NCBI RefSeq assembly: GCF_009914755.1
Contig: NC_060941.1
Source of the DNA: the human T2T-CHM13v2.0 reference genome, Homo sapiens
Strand: one strand, 5' to 3'
Length of the DNA stretch: 64,000 nt
Shown here: positions 26,157 through 41,554 of the stretch, in pieces
How the letters are laid out: each line of letters opens with the position of its first letter
How positions within the stretch are numbered: the stretch's first letter is position 1
Notes under the pieces: generated by a model
What the model saw: the letters and a program-made list of their open reading frames with translations, nothing else
Databases searched by the model: none
Told to the model about the DNA's origin: nothing
Translations under genes and position numbers: made by a program

Positions 26157-29100
26157 TCAACTGTTGAATGTGGTGTTAGCTCTGGGCTTGTTATATATGG
26201 CCTTTATTATGTTATGGTTATTTCTTTCTATAGCTAATTTTTTGAGAGTTTTTATTACAAAAAGATGTTGCATTTTGTTAAATACTTTTTCTGTATCTAT
26301 TGAGATGATCATATAACTTTTATCCTTCATTATGTTTATGTGGAGTATCATATTTATTAATTTACATATGTTAAACTATCCTTGCATGCCAGGGATAAAT
26401 CCTGCTTGCTCATGGTGTATGATCCTTTTAATGTGCTGTCGAATTCAATTTGCTAGTATTTTGTTGAAGATTTTTGCATCTATGTTCATTAGGAACATTT
26501 ATCTGTAATTTTATCTTCTTGTATCTTTGGCTTTGGTATTAAGTTAATGCTGCCCTCAGAAAATGAGTTTGGAAGTGTCACCTTTTAATTTTTTGGAAGA
26601 GTTTGAGAAAGATTGGTGTCAATTTCTTCTTTAAATGTTTTGTAGAATTCACTTGTGAAGCCAATAGGACCTGGGCTTTTGTTAATTGGGAGGTTTTTAT
26701 TCACTGATTCAATCTCCTTACTCATCTTTGGTATGTTGAGATGCTCTATTTCTTCATGATTTAGTCTTGGTAGATTGTATGTTTGTAGGAGTTTATCCAT
26801 TTTTTCTATGTTATTTAATTTGTTGGCATACAATTTTTTACAATAATCTCATAATCATTTTTATTTCTGTGACGTCAGTTGTAATGTGTTTTATTTCATT
26901 TTTTGTTTTATTTATTCCTTTTCTTTTTAGTTTAGCTAAATTTTTGTCATTTGTTTTTCTTATTAAAAAACAACTCTAAGTTTTGTTGACGTTTTCTATT
27001 GTTTTTCTGTTTTTCTATTTTATTTATTTCTGTTCTAATCTTTTTTATTTCCTTCCTTTTGCTAACTTTGAACATTGTTCACTCTTTTTTCAGTTCCTTG
27101 AGATGTAACTTTAGGTTGTTTATTTGAGATCTTTCTTCTTTTTTAATATAGGCCTCTATCATATGAAGTTCCCTCTTAGTACTATTCTCGCTGAGTCCCA
27201 TAAGTTTTGGTATGTATTTTACCCTGAAGTATTTTCTAATTTATTTTGTGATTTCCCCCCTTTAACCCAAAGTTTCTTCCAGAGTGTGTTATTTAATATC
27301 CACATACTTGTGGATATTTCAATTTTCCTTGTGCTATTGGTTTCTAATTTTATTTATTTGTGGTCAGAAAAACACTTGGTATAATTTCAATCTTTTAAAA
27401 TTTGTTAGAACTTGCTTTGTGACCTAATGTTGATTTATTCTGGAGAAAAAATCATGTGCACTTGAAAAAAAATGTATATTCTGCTGTTGTTGGGTAGAAT
27501 GTTCTACATATGTCTGTTAGATCTATTTAGTTTATAGTATTATTCAAGTTTCTTATTGATTTTATGTCTGGATGTCCTGTCAATTATTCAAATTAAGGTA
27601 TTGAAGTGTTCCTACTACCATTGTATTTCTGTCTATTTCTCTCTTCACTACCATCAGTGTTTGCTTTATATATTTACATCTTCTGATGCTGGGTTCATAT
27701 GTATTTATCATTGTTCTATTCTCATGATGGAGTGACCCTTTCATCATTATAAAATGTCCTTCTTTGTCTCTTTTGGAAAGTTTTTGGCTTAAAGTCTATT
27801 TTGTCTGATATAAGTATAGACACACCTGCTGTCTTTTTGTTACCATTTGCCCTCAATATTTTTTTTTTCCATCCCTTAAAATTCAGCCTATGAGCATCCT
27901 TAAATTTAAAGTGAATTTCTTTAAACAACATGTAGTTTTGTCTTGTTATTTTTTTTTAAATCAGTTTGTTCAATCTATTTCTTTTGATTAGAGAGTTTAA
28001 ATCATTTACATATAAGGTAATTATTGATAGGGAAGGGTTTGCTATTGGCATTTTGTTAGTTGTTTTCTGTCATTTTTCTAGGTCTTTTGCTGTCTTTTTG
28101 TCTCTTGCTGTCTTCTTTTATATTTTGTTGATTATTTTGTATTGATATGCTTTGACTATTTTCTCTTTTTCTTTTATGTAAGTTCTATTGATACTTTTTG
28201 CATAACCATGTATGGTTATCTTGAGACTTACATAAACTATCCTATAGTTACAATAGTCTGTTTTAAGCTGATAACAACTCAAGTTCAATGACACACAACA
28301 TTACACTTTAACTCTCTGCACTTACACTTGATGTTATTGTTGTCACAATTTGCATCTAATTGTATTGTGTATCTTTTAACATACTTTTAGTTATAGTTAT
28401 TTTTAATACTTTTGATTTTCAACTTTTATGCTAGAATTACAAGTAATCACAGTATTAGAGTATTCTGTATATTTCTATATATTTATCTATACTAACAAAT
28501 TTCGTACTTCCTTATGCTATTGTGTTGCTATTTTACATCTTCTTGTTTCAACTTGAAAAACTTCCTTTACCATTTCTTATAAGACAGGTCTACTCCCTCA
28601 GTTTTTATTTGTCTGAGAAAGTTTTATCTCTCCTTTATTTCTGAAGAACAGCTTTGCTGGATATAGTATTGTTGATTTCTTTTTTTGTTTCCTCACTTTA
28701 ACTATAGCATCCCACTCCCTTATGGCCTGCAAAGTTTGTGCTGCAAAATCTAGTGATAGTCTTACAGAGGTTCTTTCATATGTGACAAATCACTTTTCTT
28801 GCTTTCAAAATTCTTTGTTTTTTTACAATTTGATTATAATGTGTCTCACTTTGGATTTCTTTGGGTTCATTTCATATGGCGTCCTTTTCCTTCCCCAGAT
28901 TTGAGGAGGTTTTAGCCATTATTTCTTTGAATACACATTCTGTTCCTTTCTTTATCTTCTCTTTCTGGAACTCCTCAGTGTATACATTGATTTGCTTGAT
29001 GGTGTCCCATAATTCTCTAAAAATTTCTTCACTTTTTTATATTTTTAAAAAACTTTTACACCTCTGAAGTATTTTCAGTGACCTGTCTTTGAGTTCCCGG

Positions 29101-29730
29101 ATTTATTCTGCCTTATTTAGTTTTCTCTGAAACTCTCTAGTAATTTTTTTTTTCAGTTCAGCTATCGCATTCTTCAGCTCCATGATTTCTATTTGGTACC
29201 TTTTTATATTTCTATCTCTTTGTTGAAATTCTTACTTTACTCATGCATTGTACTTTTGGCCTCGGTGAGCAGCCTTAGGAGAGTTATTTGTAGTTATCTG
29301 TCAGGTAAATCATATAACTTCATTTCATTAAGGTTGATTCCTGGAGATTGATCTTGCTCCTTTGTTTGAAACGTCTTAGCCTAGTTCCTAATTTTCCTTG
29401 ACTCTCTGTGTTGATGTCTGTGTATTAGATAAAAGAGGCACATCTTCCTGTCTTCACAAACTGGTCTTGTACAAGAGAAAACTCCCACCAATCAGCCCAG
29501 CCAGAAATTATGAGGGACTCTTCCAACTCTTTTCTACCCCAGAGAGAAGGAGGAAGCTGTGGTTTTTGTCTACTTGTTCTATGCTGAGCTACAATGAGTG
29601 GGAGGAACTGTGGTATCTAACAGCTCAACCTGCTGTCTCCATTCTCCCCCAGGTAGCTAGATTCTGATGGATCCATCAGAACTCCAGGACTGCCAAGAAA
29701 AATACTAATTTTGGGGGCAGCCCCAGCAGA
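24588..29730 (-). mobile_element. Long L1M (L1MA/MB-age) covering ORF2, ORF1 and part of the 5' region
   Basis: Minus-strand ORF remnants with ORF2p motifs (KTAGVSILISDKIDFK endonuclease; [19 protein letters not shown]; YMIISIDTEKVFNK and LLELINEFSKVARYKINIQ RT); many stops and frameshifts. Confidence 0.93.
26108..26158. repeat. (TTTC)n microsatellite within L1
   Basis: ~12 perfect TTTC units. Confidence 0.95.
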
Positions 29731-30372
29731 GCTGGTTAGCTAATCAATAAAATCCTAAGTGAAATAAACAATACAACTTTTACTAAAAGTTTCAATTAAA
29801 AGAGGTTATCATTTTTACTTGCTTTGAAAACTAAGGACAGCGAAGGCAAGGAAGTGAGTATTTAAATAGCTTAAGTCTGTGTTTTGAATTTACTGTGATT
29901 GTAGTGACTGCCTACTAATAGAAATAATAGAAAAGATTGTAAATTGGTTTCATTAGACATCAAATAGGCTATTTATTTAGAGGTATCAAAGTTCAAGTGG
30001 CACCCATGATTGTTGTACCATATTATGCATTGGTTGGAGGGTTTATGGTTCAAGAAGTTGGACTGAGCACACATTTTCCTTCTCTTTCCTAATAATTTAC
30101 TGAACAGCATGGGGTGGGTTTATGAAAGCACTTACAATGGGGGCAGGTTTAGGAAATGGAGCACAGCAGTGGAGTAAAGACTTTTCAAAGTTTTGGAAAA
30201 GAGGGAAGGTTGTTTGCTTAAATTATAGTAGAGGAAGTCTCAGTATAAAAAATATACAAGGAAATGACTCTACTAAGAAAAAGGAAAAAAGGCAGATATT
30301 CCCAGACAGAAAGGGCTCAAAAGTTTATCACTTATACATCAAGATGTACATCAACAAAATGATAAAGGAATC

Positions 30373-30382
30373 TGTGTGTGGG

Positions 30383-30430
<48 letters not shown>
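30373..30430. repeat. Compound (GT)n(GA)n microsatellite
   Basis: Directly visible. Confidence 0.95.
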
Positions 30431-30680
30431 ATGAGAGAAAAAGAGTGAGTGAGTTAGATGCAAAAGCAGAACAAACCCAGGAGTACAATAATAAAAAAAA
30501 TTCTAGAATAACCTCTTTACAGTGGTTTTAGAAAGCCGGTTATCCGAACCTGACTGACAGCTCAAGGGCTCTGAGAATACTGTCAAGAATAATTTCCTAT
30601 AAAATTAAAATAGGAAAGCTGGATAATTTCAATTAAAAGAGATAAAAATTATAATATTAACTACAAAAATATGCAAAACA

Positions 30681-30978
30681 GGCCAGACATGTTGGCTCAT
30701 GCCTGTAATCCCAGCACTTTAGGAGACCAAGGCAGGCAGATCACGAGGTCAGGAGATAGAGACCATCCTGGCTAACATGGTGAAACCCCGTCTCTACTAA
30801 AAATACAAAAAAAAAATTAGTCGGGTGTGGTGGCAGGTGCCTGTAGTCCCAGCTACTCGGGAGGCTGAAGCAGGAGAATGGTGTGAACCCGGAGGCAGAG
30901 CTTGCAGTGAGCGGAAATCGTGCCACTGCACTCCAGCCTCGGCAACAGAGCGAGACTCCATCTCAAAAAAAAAAAAAA
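30681..30978 (+). mobile_element. AluY-like
   Basis: accatcctggctaaca, ggagaatggtgtgaaccc and gagcttgcagtgagc diagnostics; TSD core ATGCAAAACA at 30671-30680 and 30979-30988. Confidence 0.95.
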
Positions 30979-33794
30979 ATGCAAAACATAGGTCACTTTC
31001 TTATTCCCCTCTCAACTTGCAACTTTTGAAACCTACTCTAGGTGACACATATTTAATGCCACAGAGTTTCCATCTCCATGAATTAAACTCACTGCTGGGT
31101 TCTGCAGTAAATGATATTTCGACAATACTAATACATTAAATGTGAATTACAGGTACTCAATTTTAAAAATCCACTTATAGACAAAGCACTAATGACTTTC
31201 CAGTTCAGAAAGAAATATAGAAGCCTTAGTCTGTGGCAATGTAAAATCAATGATACAGTGAATGCAGGGCGGGAGTAAATTCAGAAGATGAGTTAGAGAG
31301 AAAATGTAACATGGCTAAAGAATTCATATTACATACAGCAAGTTAAGAGGGACTACCTAAAATTGGTAGATCAAGAAATATTGATTTGTTATTGTAAAGC
31401 CCAGGTGATAACCAAGAAGAGGTGAACTGAAAACTTAAAGGCAGAAGATTATTGCAATTATTGCAAGGGTATTGAAATTTCATTTTTCATGATAGGAAAT
31501 CTGCAGACACTTTCTAAAGATGACCAGTTAGGAAACAGAAGTCTAAGAAATTATTTAGAGGTCAATAGAAATAGTTAAATTTGGTGATTCCTGGGCTGTG
31601 GGATTAGGAGTGGGAGAAAACAGACTACAAATTTTAATTTTACACTATCCAGATGGAATTTTTATAATCATGTCTGACTACTGGGGGCCAGAAAATCTAG
31701 GCATATTTATGAATAGAACCCACAAGCAAAAAGCACTAGAAGTGCTGGTTCCTGAAAGGGCCTGAGAAAGCAAGAAGGTGGAAGATGTCAATGGAATTGG
31801 GAAATAAAATTGTGGGTAAGGGAAAGAGAGAGTTTGTTTTGACCTCACATAAGTCATTCAACCACCATATTCCATTTTTTCTTCCATAAAATAAAGATAA
31901 TACCAATTTCATAGGGTTATTATAAAGATTAAAGAATATGCCTATTTCATAGCAGGTGATTAATAATATTGGTTGATCATATAGTAGGTGATCAATAAAT
32001 ATTGATTCTCCCTTTCATTGAAAACTTAGGTCCCGTGGTTCCTATAGTTCTGTCCTCTTAATTTACTCACTCTCTGCCAGCCCAGTCTCTGTTCTAGCCA
32101 GCCCTGGTCATTCATTAAGCAGGGATCTTGAATGGAGAGCAGAGGGTTAATGACTTCTGTTCCATGCTAATGAGTGAATACTTCCTCTAATTCTAACTCC
32201 TTGTGGTGTGTCCAACCCTCATAGTCTGCTAGACTCCAGGTGTCAGATGGTCCCAGCTTGCTCTGCTGGCAAAGTAAAACCCTATACCTGACAGATACCA
32301 AGAAAACCAAGATTTCAGAATGGAGTGACTGAGATGGAGACACTCAAAAAAGAAAAGATTTTTATTTAGGTGCCCACTGTCCTTGCATTCTCAACCCTCA
32401 CATCAGAGGAGACCAAGACACCATCTGGGTGATTTCACTCTCTGCTTTTCTTGCTCTTTCTTATCCTCAAGGGCAATTGAAGAGTGGCTTTACCAGCCTG
32501 TAAATCAGTAGCAGCTATAAAACATGTCTGTCTGTAGCGATGACTTTTCTCTTGTGGGATACTTTACAGCCATGGAACATGCCCAACATATTAATGACAG
32601 AAATTCATTACTCTAAATGCACATTCTGATGGAGATGTTGTAGAATTGTTGGAAGAGGTGTATGTGGAACCAGAGTCTAGTGTGGCAAACACCAGCTGTT
32701 TCCAACTAACTTGGAGTACTAAACTGATTGGTAGATCCACCCCACTCTCAGATCTTTAATGAATGAGTTTCAGTGAAGCAACCTCCCATAATCCCAGTGT
32801 CCCAAGAGAGCTTGGGGAGCAGGGAGGTTTGGAAGGACAGAGATGGACTGAACACCCCAGGTCAAGCCACTCGAATCATTTTACAGTAGGAACATGCCAA
32901 TTCACTCAAACCCTGTGCCGTTTTCATGTTTTATGAATCTTCTGCTTTCTATTATTAAAACATTTTAACAATAATGAGAGGATTTTAAAATTTAAAAATG
33001 GGCCATTCACAATCTCATTTTTTAAAACATATTTCTCTTCCTAGCTCTAGTTAATTTATGGAAATAACTTCACAATATCATAATCATGTCATAGACTGCA
33101 TTTTGTTCTTCATACATTTACAGTGGCTTAAAATATCCAGGATCCCTATTCAAAATTGTAACTGAAAGCACAGACAAAAGTAACTGCATTTCTTGGAGCA
33201 TGAGCCAGGACAGCACAGGAAAAGGTATGCATTGCAAAATGCAATCTGTGGCCCTTGTTTTTTATATACTCCCTAGTAATTGACTTATATAAAACATTAT
33301 ATCTATAAATATCCAGTACTCAGTTGACCCTGCTGCCTGAACAATGAGAAAATTCTCCCTCTGCTCCTCACCTCAAGTTTCAGTGAGAACCAGTATGTAA
33401 GTCTTGCTTATATGGGCATATGGATGTGATAGTTCATAGCAGGAGAGCTTAAGTGTGCATGAATGAAGACTAAAGCAGAAATGGCTTTGTGCAAATATCA
33501 CCAGAGGCAAACTAGACTGCAAGATTGCACTGAAAGATGCATGTACACCCACCATAAACATTAATTTTTACTACAAGAAACAAACACCCGAAATGAAGGT
33601 GTATATGTGGGTCCTTAGCACGAGTGAACCACGAAAATCAGCTCTCTGGAACACTATGAATTAATCTAGCCTTTTATTAAAATCATCATTCTCTGGAATC
33701 CTCTTATTCATATAAAAAAAGTGTGATCCCCTAAAGCTAGGGCTAAACGTGACTCACTTTGAGTAAATCGAGCCTGTTAGAAATTGATTTGCCT

Positions 33795-33874
33795 CACGTT
33801 TACCTACGTAAGAAACCTGCATATCCTACTCGTGTACCCTGAAACTTAAAATTAAAAAAAAAAGAAATGAAAAA
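33795..33874 (+). mobile_element. Extremely 5'-truncated L1PA terminus with A-tail
   Basis: tttacctacgtaagaaacctgcatatcct...gtaccctgaaacttaaaa plus A-tail; TSD AAATTGATTTGCCT at 33781-33794 and 33875-33888. Confidence 0.9.
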
Positions 33875-33911
33875 AAATTGATTTGCCTAATGGTAGGGCT
33901 GAATCAGGTGA

Positions 33912-34316
33912 CTATTAGTCAGGGTAGATGTTTGTGCCATAGAAACAAATAATCTCAAATTTCAGAGATTTATACGAAAGGAAGAATAAAAAAGGTTAGT
34001 CTCTTTCAGGCTACATGCCCTTTATGAGTGGGCTAGGAACTCTGCTCCACGTCATCACCTACACTGGGCCCCAGCTGATGGAGCAACTGCCACAGGGAAC
34101 TTTGGTGGTGGCCCTGGAGGCTGAAGAAGAGGGCACTTGGTAAAGCGCGCACTGGCTCCTCACATTTCTGCATGGAGGTAGCCCACATCACGTCCGTTCA
34201 TACCTCTCTGGTCAAACCAAGAACCATGGCCACACCTAAGGATGTGCAATAACCCTCCCAAATGTCTGGAGAAAAGAGAGAATCCAATATTTCCAACAGA
34301 CCTAGTGACTTTCACA
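33912..34316 (-). mobile_element. Old MLT1 LTR (J/K/L-like)
   Basis: tattagtcagggtag...aaacaaataatctcaaatttcag start; ctctgctccacgtc...gctgatggagca. Confidence 0.65.
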
Positions 34317-37300
34317 GGGCCATTCCAAGTTCAAGACCACCTAAAAGAAAATCCTATGGAAGGAAAGAATGAGTGGTTTATGCATGATAAAGAGAGGAAA
34401 TGGAGGGGTGATATGACAGATTGCTTAGATTGAATTATCCTATCCAGTCCATGGTGTTGCTTCCATTATTATCCCTGCCCCTCATCTTCTGGTTGTTGGG
34501 CCCTCCTAGGTCATAGCCTAAGAAGTGGATGGGTTCTTGGAAGCAGATATGCCAGTCACCAGCCACAGCAGCTCCTGTAGACATGCTCCACAGCCCAGTA
34601 TGAGTGAAGACTTGGGCCCAAATCTGGGAATTGACAAAACGAGGCAAAGGGTTAACACTAGTCACAAAGCTTACAACAGGATTTCTTTATCCTCTTAAAT
34701 TAGTTAACAATTAGAAAACTGCATACCTCCTAGTCAGTTAATTAACTGAGTGCTTTTTATGGCTAGAGATAGCTGTAAGCTTTAATTTTTGCTTTAAGGA
34801 AGCTCTAAAATAATTGAGGAATTAAGTCATGTGAAAGTGCAGGTAAATGAGGACTATGCATTTACTTCATACATTTAAGAGAATTTAGGGCTTAGAGTTC
34901 AATTCTCAAACCAACTAGTTTCGGCTGACTTCTATTCTACTATTCTTGACTGCCCCTCCCCAAACATGCAGACTTTCCTTGTTTGCTTTGTAAGTTAAGT
35001 GGTATTTGCACATGGACATTAAATGGACCTCACTTGAATTAATTGGTTTTGTCAACTTATAGAAGTCAACCCTGGCATATGGGACACTCACATTCAGGCC
35101 CATGATCAGCACTGGCATGGACCAAGATGCTCCTAGTCTGTGACTGGAAGAAACTCAAAAGCCAAGTGATATATTTTTTTTTTTCACTGACTTGTCTGAA
35201 TCACCCAGTTGTTTTGGTCTCATCTGTGACAGTTTTATATGGAAAAGCATCCCTGTGTAAATCTTACAGCACCCGTACCCAATCTATGAGCTCAGCATAT
35301 TGGCTGAAAGAAGAACTGATTTTGCAGTTTAACAAAATTAAAATGATCAAGTGACTTATTTGAAAGGTAACTCCAAATTCCAGATTCAATTCGTTGTAGG
35401 TTTAGACACAGTTTTCTCTTCACAGTCAAAGATAAGTGGAAGGCAAAGATGATGGTATGGTTTATTTACTTTGAATTATTCAAAAAATTCATTCTACTTT
35501 CTGCTTGGCCTTAGCTGAAGTGATTGTGTCAAGCATCTCCCAGGATGAACCAAAAGTTCTACCAATGTCACTGGCCTGCAGCCTGACAAAATATTATAAT
35601 ACCATTCCAGGCAGAGTCATGCAAAACCTGGGCAGACAAAATGAACAGTGTGTGGGATTAGCTTAAGAGAATGATTTCCTGCACAGAATACCATTACCCA
35701 GAATTTTCAGGCCTTTGCAAATAGCACTTATGGTCACTGTGAGCCTATTAGAATGCTTTTTAAGCATGATGCTGAACTAAACACCAGTCATTGCTGCAAA
35801 TCTCAGAGATGAGCTGATTGCATTGCTACGCAAATTACAGGCTTTGGAAAACTATTTGCTAAGAATCCTTCTAACATACACTGTTAGTTGAATAGAACTT
35901 CAGGAGCTTTAATCTAATTATGACTAAAGCAAATTCCTAAGTGAAATGAGGGTGTGAGAGAGGAGAATTTGTTTTTGTTTGAACAAGGAAAAGAGCTATG
36001 AAAGCTTTATTGACCTAGTAAATAAAGGAGAGTGAATAAAGGAGTCAGTGATAGGACACTTCCAGCTAGAGAACAAAGGGGGGTCATTATGCTGCTTAGT
36101 TGTCTCTTTGAGGAAGGATTACTTCAGAAGGAAGAGAAAGACCAACAATTATTCTTATTTAATGAATTAGGCAGTACTTGAATATAAATAAATGATACTT
36201 TTACGAACAGCATTAATTTCATCATGCTAAAAAGTCAAATAAATCCAAATGGATGAAATCGTTTATAAATGATTTCAAGATCAAGCACACATTCTCAAAC
36301 AATTGGAAAAAATATTACATTTGGCATTATTTTAGGTTTGCACACATTGAAGTATGCGATTTAACACCATCCTGTAACTCGAATTACCACTTGAGAACGC
36401 TGACTTGGAAATGAGGAAAAGTCAAAACAAAGCACATGAACTTAAAAAGTTTCAGGCTCTGACAGGGTAGATCACAGGGTTTTGGATCAGAAAACCACTG
36501 GTATTTTTCCTAACTAGTCCTCACTAACTTGTCCACAGAGGTGTCAGTTACTCCCTACATTTGAATGTTCTTTTGAAGTATGAATACCCACATTAGCCCC
36601 TGCTCACTCTCACCTTGCAGAAAGCTTAGTAAATGTCTTTGATTCATTAAAAGAGAAAGTGAGAATGAGAAACACATCCTTCCCAAAATTTTGGAAGTTA
36701 CACAAGGAAGGTGGCATCTGAGCCTTAAAGAGGCAGAGGTGTCTGTCATTGTTGGGTTGAAAGCCAGTCATTCCCCAGCATTGGTTTGAAGCAAATGGTC
36801 TCAGCTCAGACTGTCTGTGGTAACTCCTATTGGAGAAATAAGTTGGACAGGATGAATGACAAGGTGATTATACCTGACAGCGCACGGCATGGGATGGCAT
36901 GGAAGACAAGAGGTATTCTCCCTAGTACTACTCCAGGCACTCAGGCCTCCCTGAGATCAGGCCCCCAGCCACTGCCCCCAACCAGGGTGTAGAAACTCCT
37001 GGCCTGGGCACCTCAGGTCCACCAGGAAGTCCCAAGGAAATCCAGGAGCAAAGTCCAGTTAGTGTCCATTCTCCATTTGCTCATCGCATTGCATATGTGG
37101 GAGCCATGGAAGAAAAAACATGGTGCTTCTCTTGGTTGAGTCTTCATTTGGGCTTCAAGACCAGTCTACACCTTGGCTGATGGACTCCGGGACCTCAGGC
37201 CCCTCACATTTCCTCTGCAAGCCTCTTTACTTCTGATTTATCAGGAGACTCACTCATTTCCAGAGGTAACCACACCTCCACGTGTGGCTAGCTCCATCCT

Positions 37301-37840
37301 CCCATAACTTTTATCTGTTGTTCTAAGTGATTTGTTCCTTATCAGTGGCCCTGTAGTCTTGATGGAAGAAGAGTGCCACCTTTTCCTGCACTCTGTAGCT
37401 CTCTGAATTCATTTGAAAATCAACCTTTCTTTTAGCTGTACCCCCAAGCCCTATTTCTGAGTGTATTTGCAGAAAAAAGGTAACCAACACAACGACAACA
37501 ACAAAAACAAAAGGACCAATCAGGTAGCAAATTTCCACATGAATTTGGGTTTATTACTGGACTTTTAACCTAGTCCATGCACCAGTACTGCATTATTTTA
37601 ATTAGAGGAGTTGTGGTATTTGATTGTCTGTTAGGGTTAATTCCATCTCCCTCACTTGTTATTCTTATTCATTGTTTTCACAGCTATTGCTGCATGAATG
37701 TTTTTACTAAGAAACCTTAAGTCAACTTGTCTAGCTTCAAAAAAAGCTTGTTGGTATTCTTATTGGGATCACATGACTTTCTATTTAAATCCATCCCAAC
37801 ATGTTCAGTGTCTCTCTTCTCCCCTGACAACAATGGGGTT

Positions 37841-38314
37841 TGTATTAGTGTTCTATGGCTGCTGTAAAAAATTACCACAACCTGTGGGTGGGTGGGTGGT
37901 GGTGCTTGGAACAATAGGAATGTATTCACTCATGGTTCTGGAGTTTAGAAGTCTCCAATCAAGGTGCCAGCAAAATCATCTTCCCTCTGAAGACTCCAGG
38001 GAAGAATCTTCCATTGTTTCCTTTTAGATTCTGATGGTTGCGGAATATGATTCTTGACATTCCTTGGCTTGTGGCTGCATCATTCCAATTTTTTGCCTCC
38101 ATGGTCACATGGCACTCTCCCTAGGAGTATAGCTGTCTGCATTTTCATATGCCTTTCTTATGAGAACACCAGTCATTGGGTTTAGAGACTAGGCTAATCC
38201 AGTATGACTTCATCTTAACTAAGTACAGCTACATAGACTCTATTTCCATATAAGGTCACACTCCCAGATTCTGGGTGAACATAAATTTTGGGGGACACTA
38301 TGCAACCCAGTACA
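37841..38314 (-). mobile_element. MLT1B/C solo LTR
   Basis: TG...CA termini (tgtattag / cagtaca); 5-bp TSD GGGTT/GGGCT. Confidence 0.85.
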
Positions 38315-38355
38315 GGGCTGTTATTATAAGTAAGAGAATGTGTGTGGAGATGTAG

Positions 38356-38788
<433 letters not shown>

Positions 38789-39342
38789 TCTGGTTCCTTT
38801 CATAGTCAATGTCTGCAGCAAACAACATGCTCTCTCAACTTCTATTTCCCTCAGTCATGCCCTTTTAACTCTCTTCCTTCTAGCTAATAGCTGTCTCTAC
38901 AGTTCTGCATCTGTTTACTTGAAAGTCCCTAAAGTTTGCCTCCTTTTACTCAGTTGAAATCTCCAGGGTAAATGTCTAGTGTGCCTCTTGCATCATTTGC
39001 ACATTAAAAAAAAATCTGCACTGGGAGACCATTGGTATCTTTAGTTTCTCTTACAGTCTTCATCCAAGAACGTGTGATTCTTTGTCTGAAGTGTATTTTC
39101 CAGAGCTCCTTTAGACCATTTTACTTTTTAATAACTATACAAAACCACAGACTGGTGGCCCATGGGCCAAATCAGAGTAGCACAGCTTTAAAAAATAACA
39201 ATGATTTGGCTATCGTTAGGTAATACATACATGCTCTAGTTCACCCAGCCTTCACCACCTCCCGTTGCTTTGTACCCACTGTGTATCCCGATTCACACAT
39301 GTGCATACCCAATCTGGAGACATTTGAGCTTGCAACCTCATT

Positions 39343-39494
39343 CTATTTTAATTTTCAAATTATTTTTTTTTTCAAGACTGCATCTCACTATATTGCCCAG
39401 GCTGGCCATAAACTCCTGGGCTCAGGCAGTCCTTCTGTTTCAGCCTTCCAAGTGGCTGGGAGTACAGGCCAGGCATGGGCCACCACACTCGGCT
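39343..39494 (-). mobile_element. FLAM (free left Alu monomer)
   Basis: Single monomer with T-rich tail; TSD TGCAACCTCATT at 39331-39342 and 39495-39506. Confidence 0.85.
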
Positions 39495-39521
39495 TGCAAC
39501 CTCATTTTAGAGGCTCAGACT

Positions 39522-40264
<743 letters not shown>

Positions 40265-40999
40265 GACTGAATTTTGCCCGTCTTTGTCTAGGAGCTGTCC
40301 TTGGTGTCCTCAGAGCCCAAAGCTTTCTTGCCTATGACTCTATAATTTTTAGACGTGTCAGTTAGTATCATTTGCTTTCTTCGGTGGTAGATATTTTTTT
40401 CTCGTTGACTTAAAATGACTCATTTTATCTATTAAAGCTATTAAGCTGTTGTTCATGTGGTAAAATTTTGCCCCTTGTTCAACATTTGCCACTCAATTAC
40501 TTCTAAACTGCAAAAGTTATGTAGTTTCATTTAATTGTCAATTTTCTTTCATGGCTGTTGCTTTTTGTACCATGATAGTAAAGTGTAGACTTAAGAAAAA
40601 ATGAACACATTAAAATTGGGACTGAAAATCCATTCTATTTACAGATTGATTTTAAGCAAATTATAAGAACACAGCATATTCATTAGTCTATGTACTTTTT
40701 AATTTTTGGTAGTCTCTATATATATACATTGGAGTACTTATTATAATAGAGTACTTTATGTATATTGTATTTTTAAAATCACCTTTCATTACTATAAAAG
40801 TAGATATGCATATTTTAGAAAATTATAAAGTACACAGAACAAACATAAGAATACAAAAACACATCTCACTACTCACAGGATACCTCTTTAACACTAATTT
40901 ATACCTTGTGAGATCTTTTATAATGTTGCAGTGAAATGAGTTTATATTGAACATACTGCTTTGTAACTTTGCTGTTAATATTATTCATCTTTTCAATAA

Positions 41000-41554
<555 letters not shown>

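Noticed and set aside
34734-34749. 16-bp palindrome TCAGTTAATTAACTGA
   Set aside because: About one 16-bp palindrome is expected by chance in 64 kb, more in AT-rich DNA
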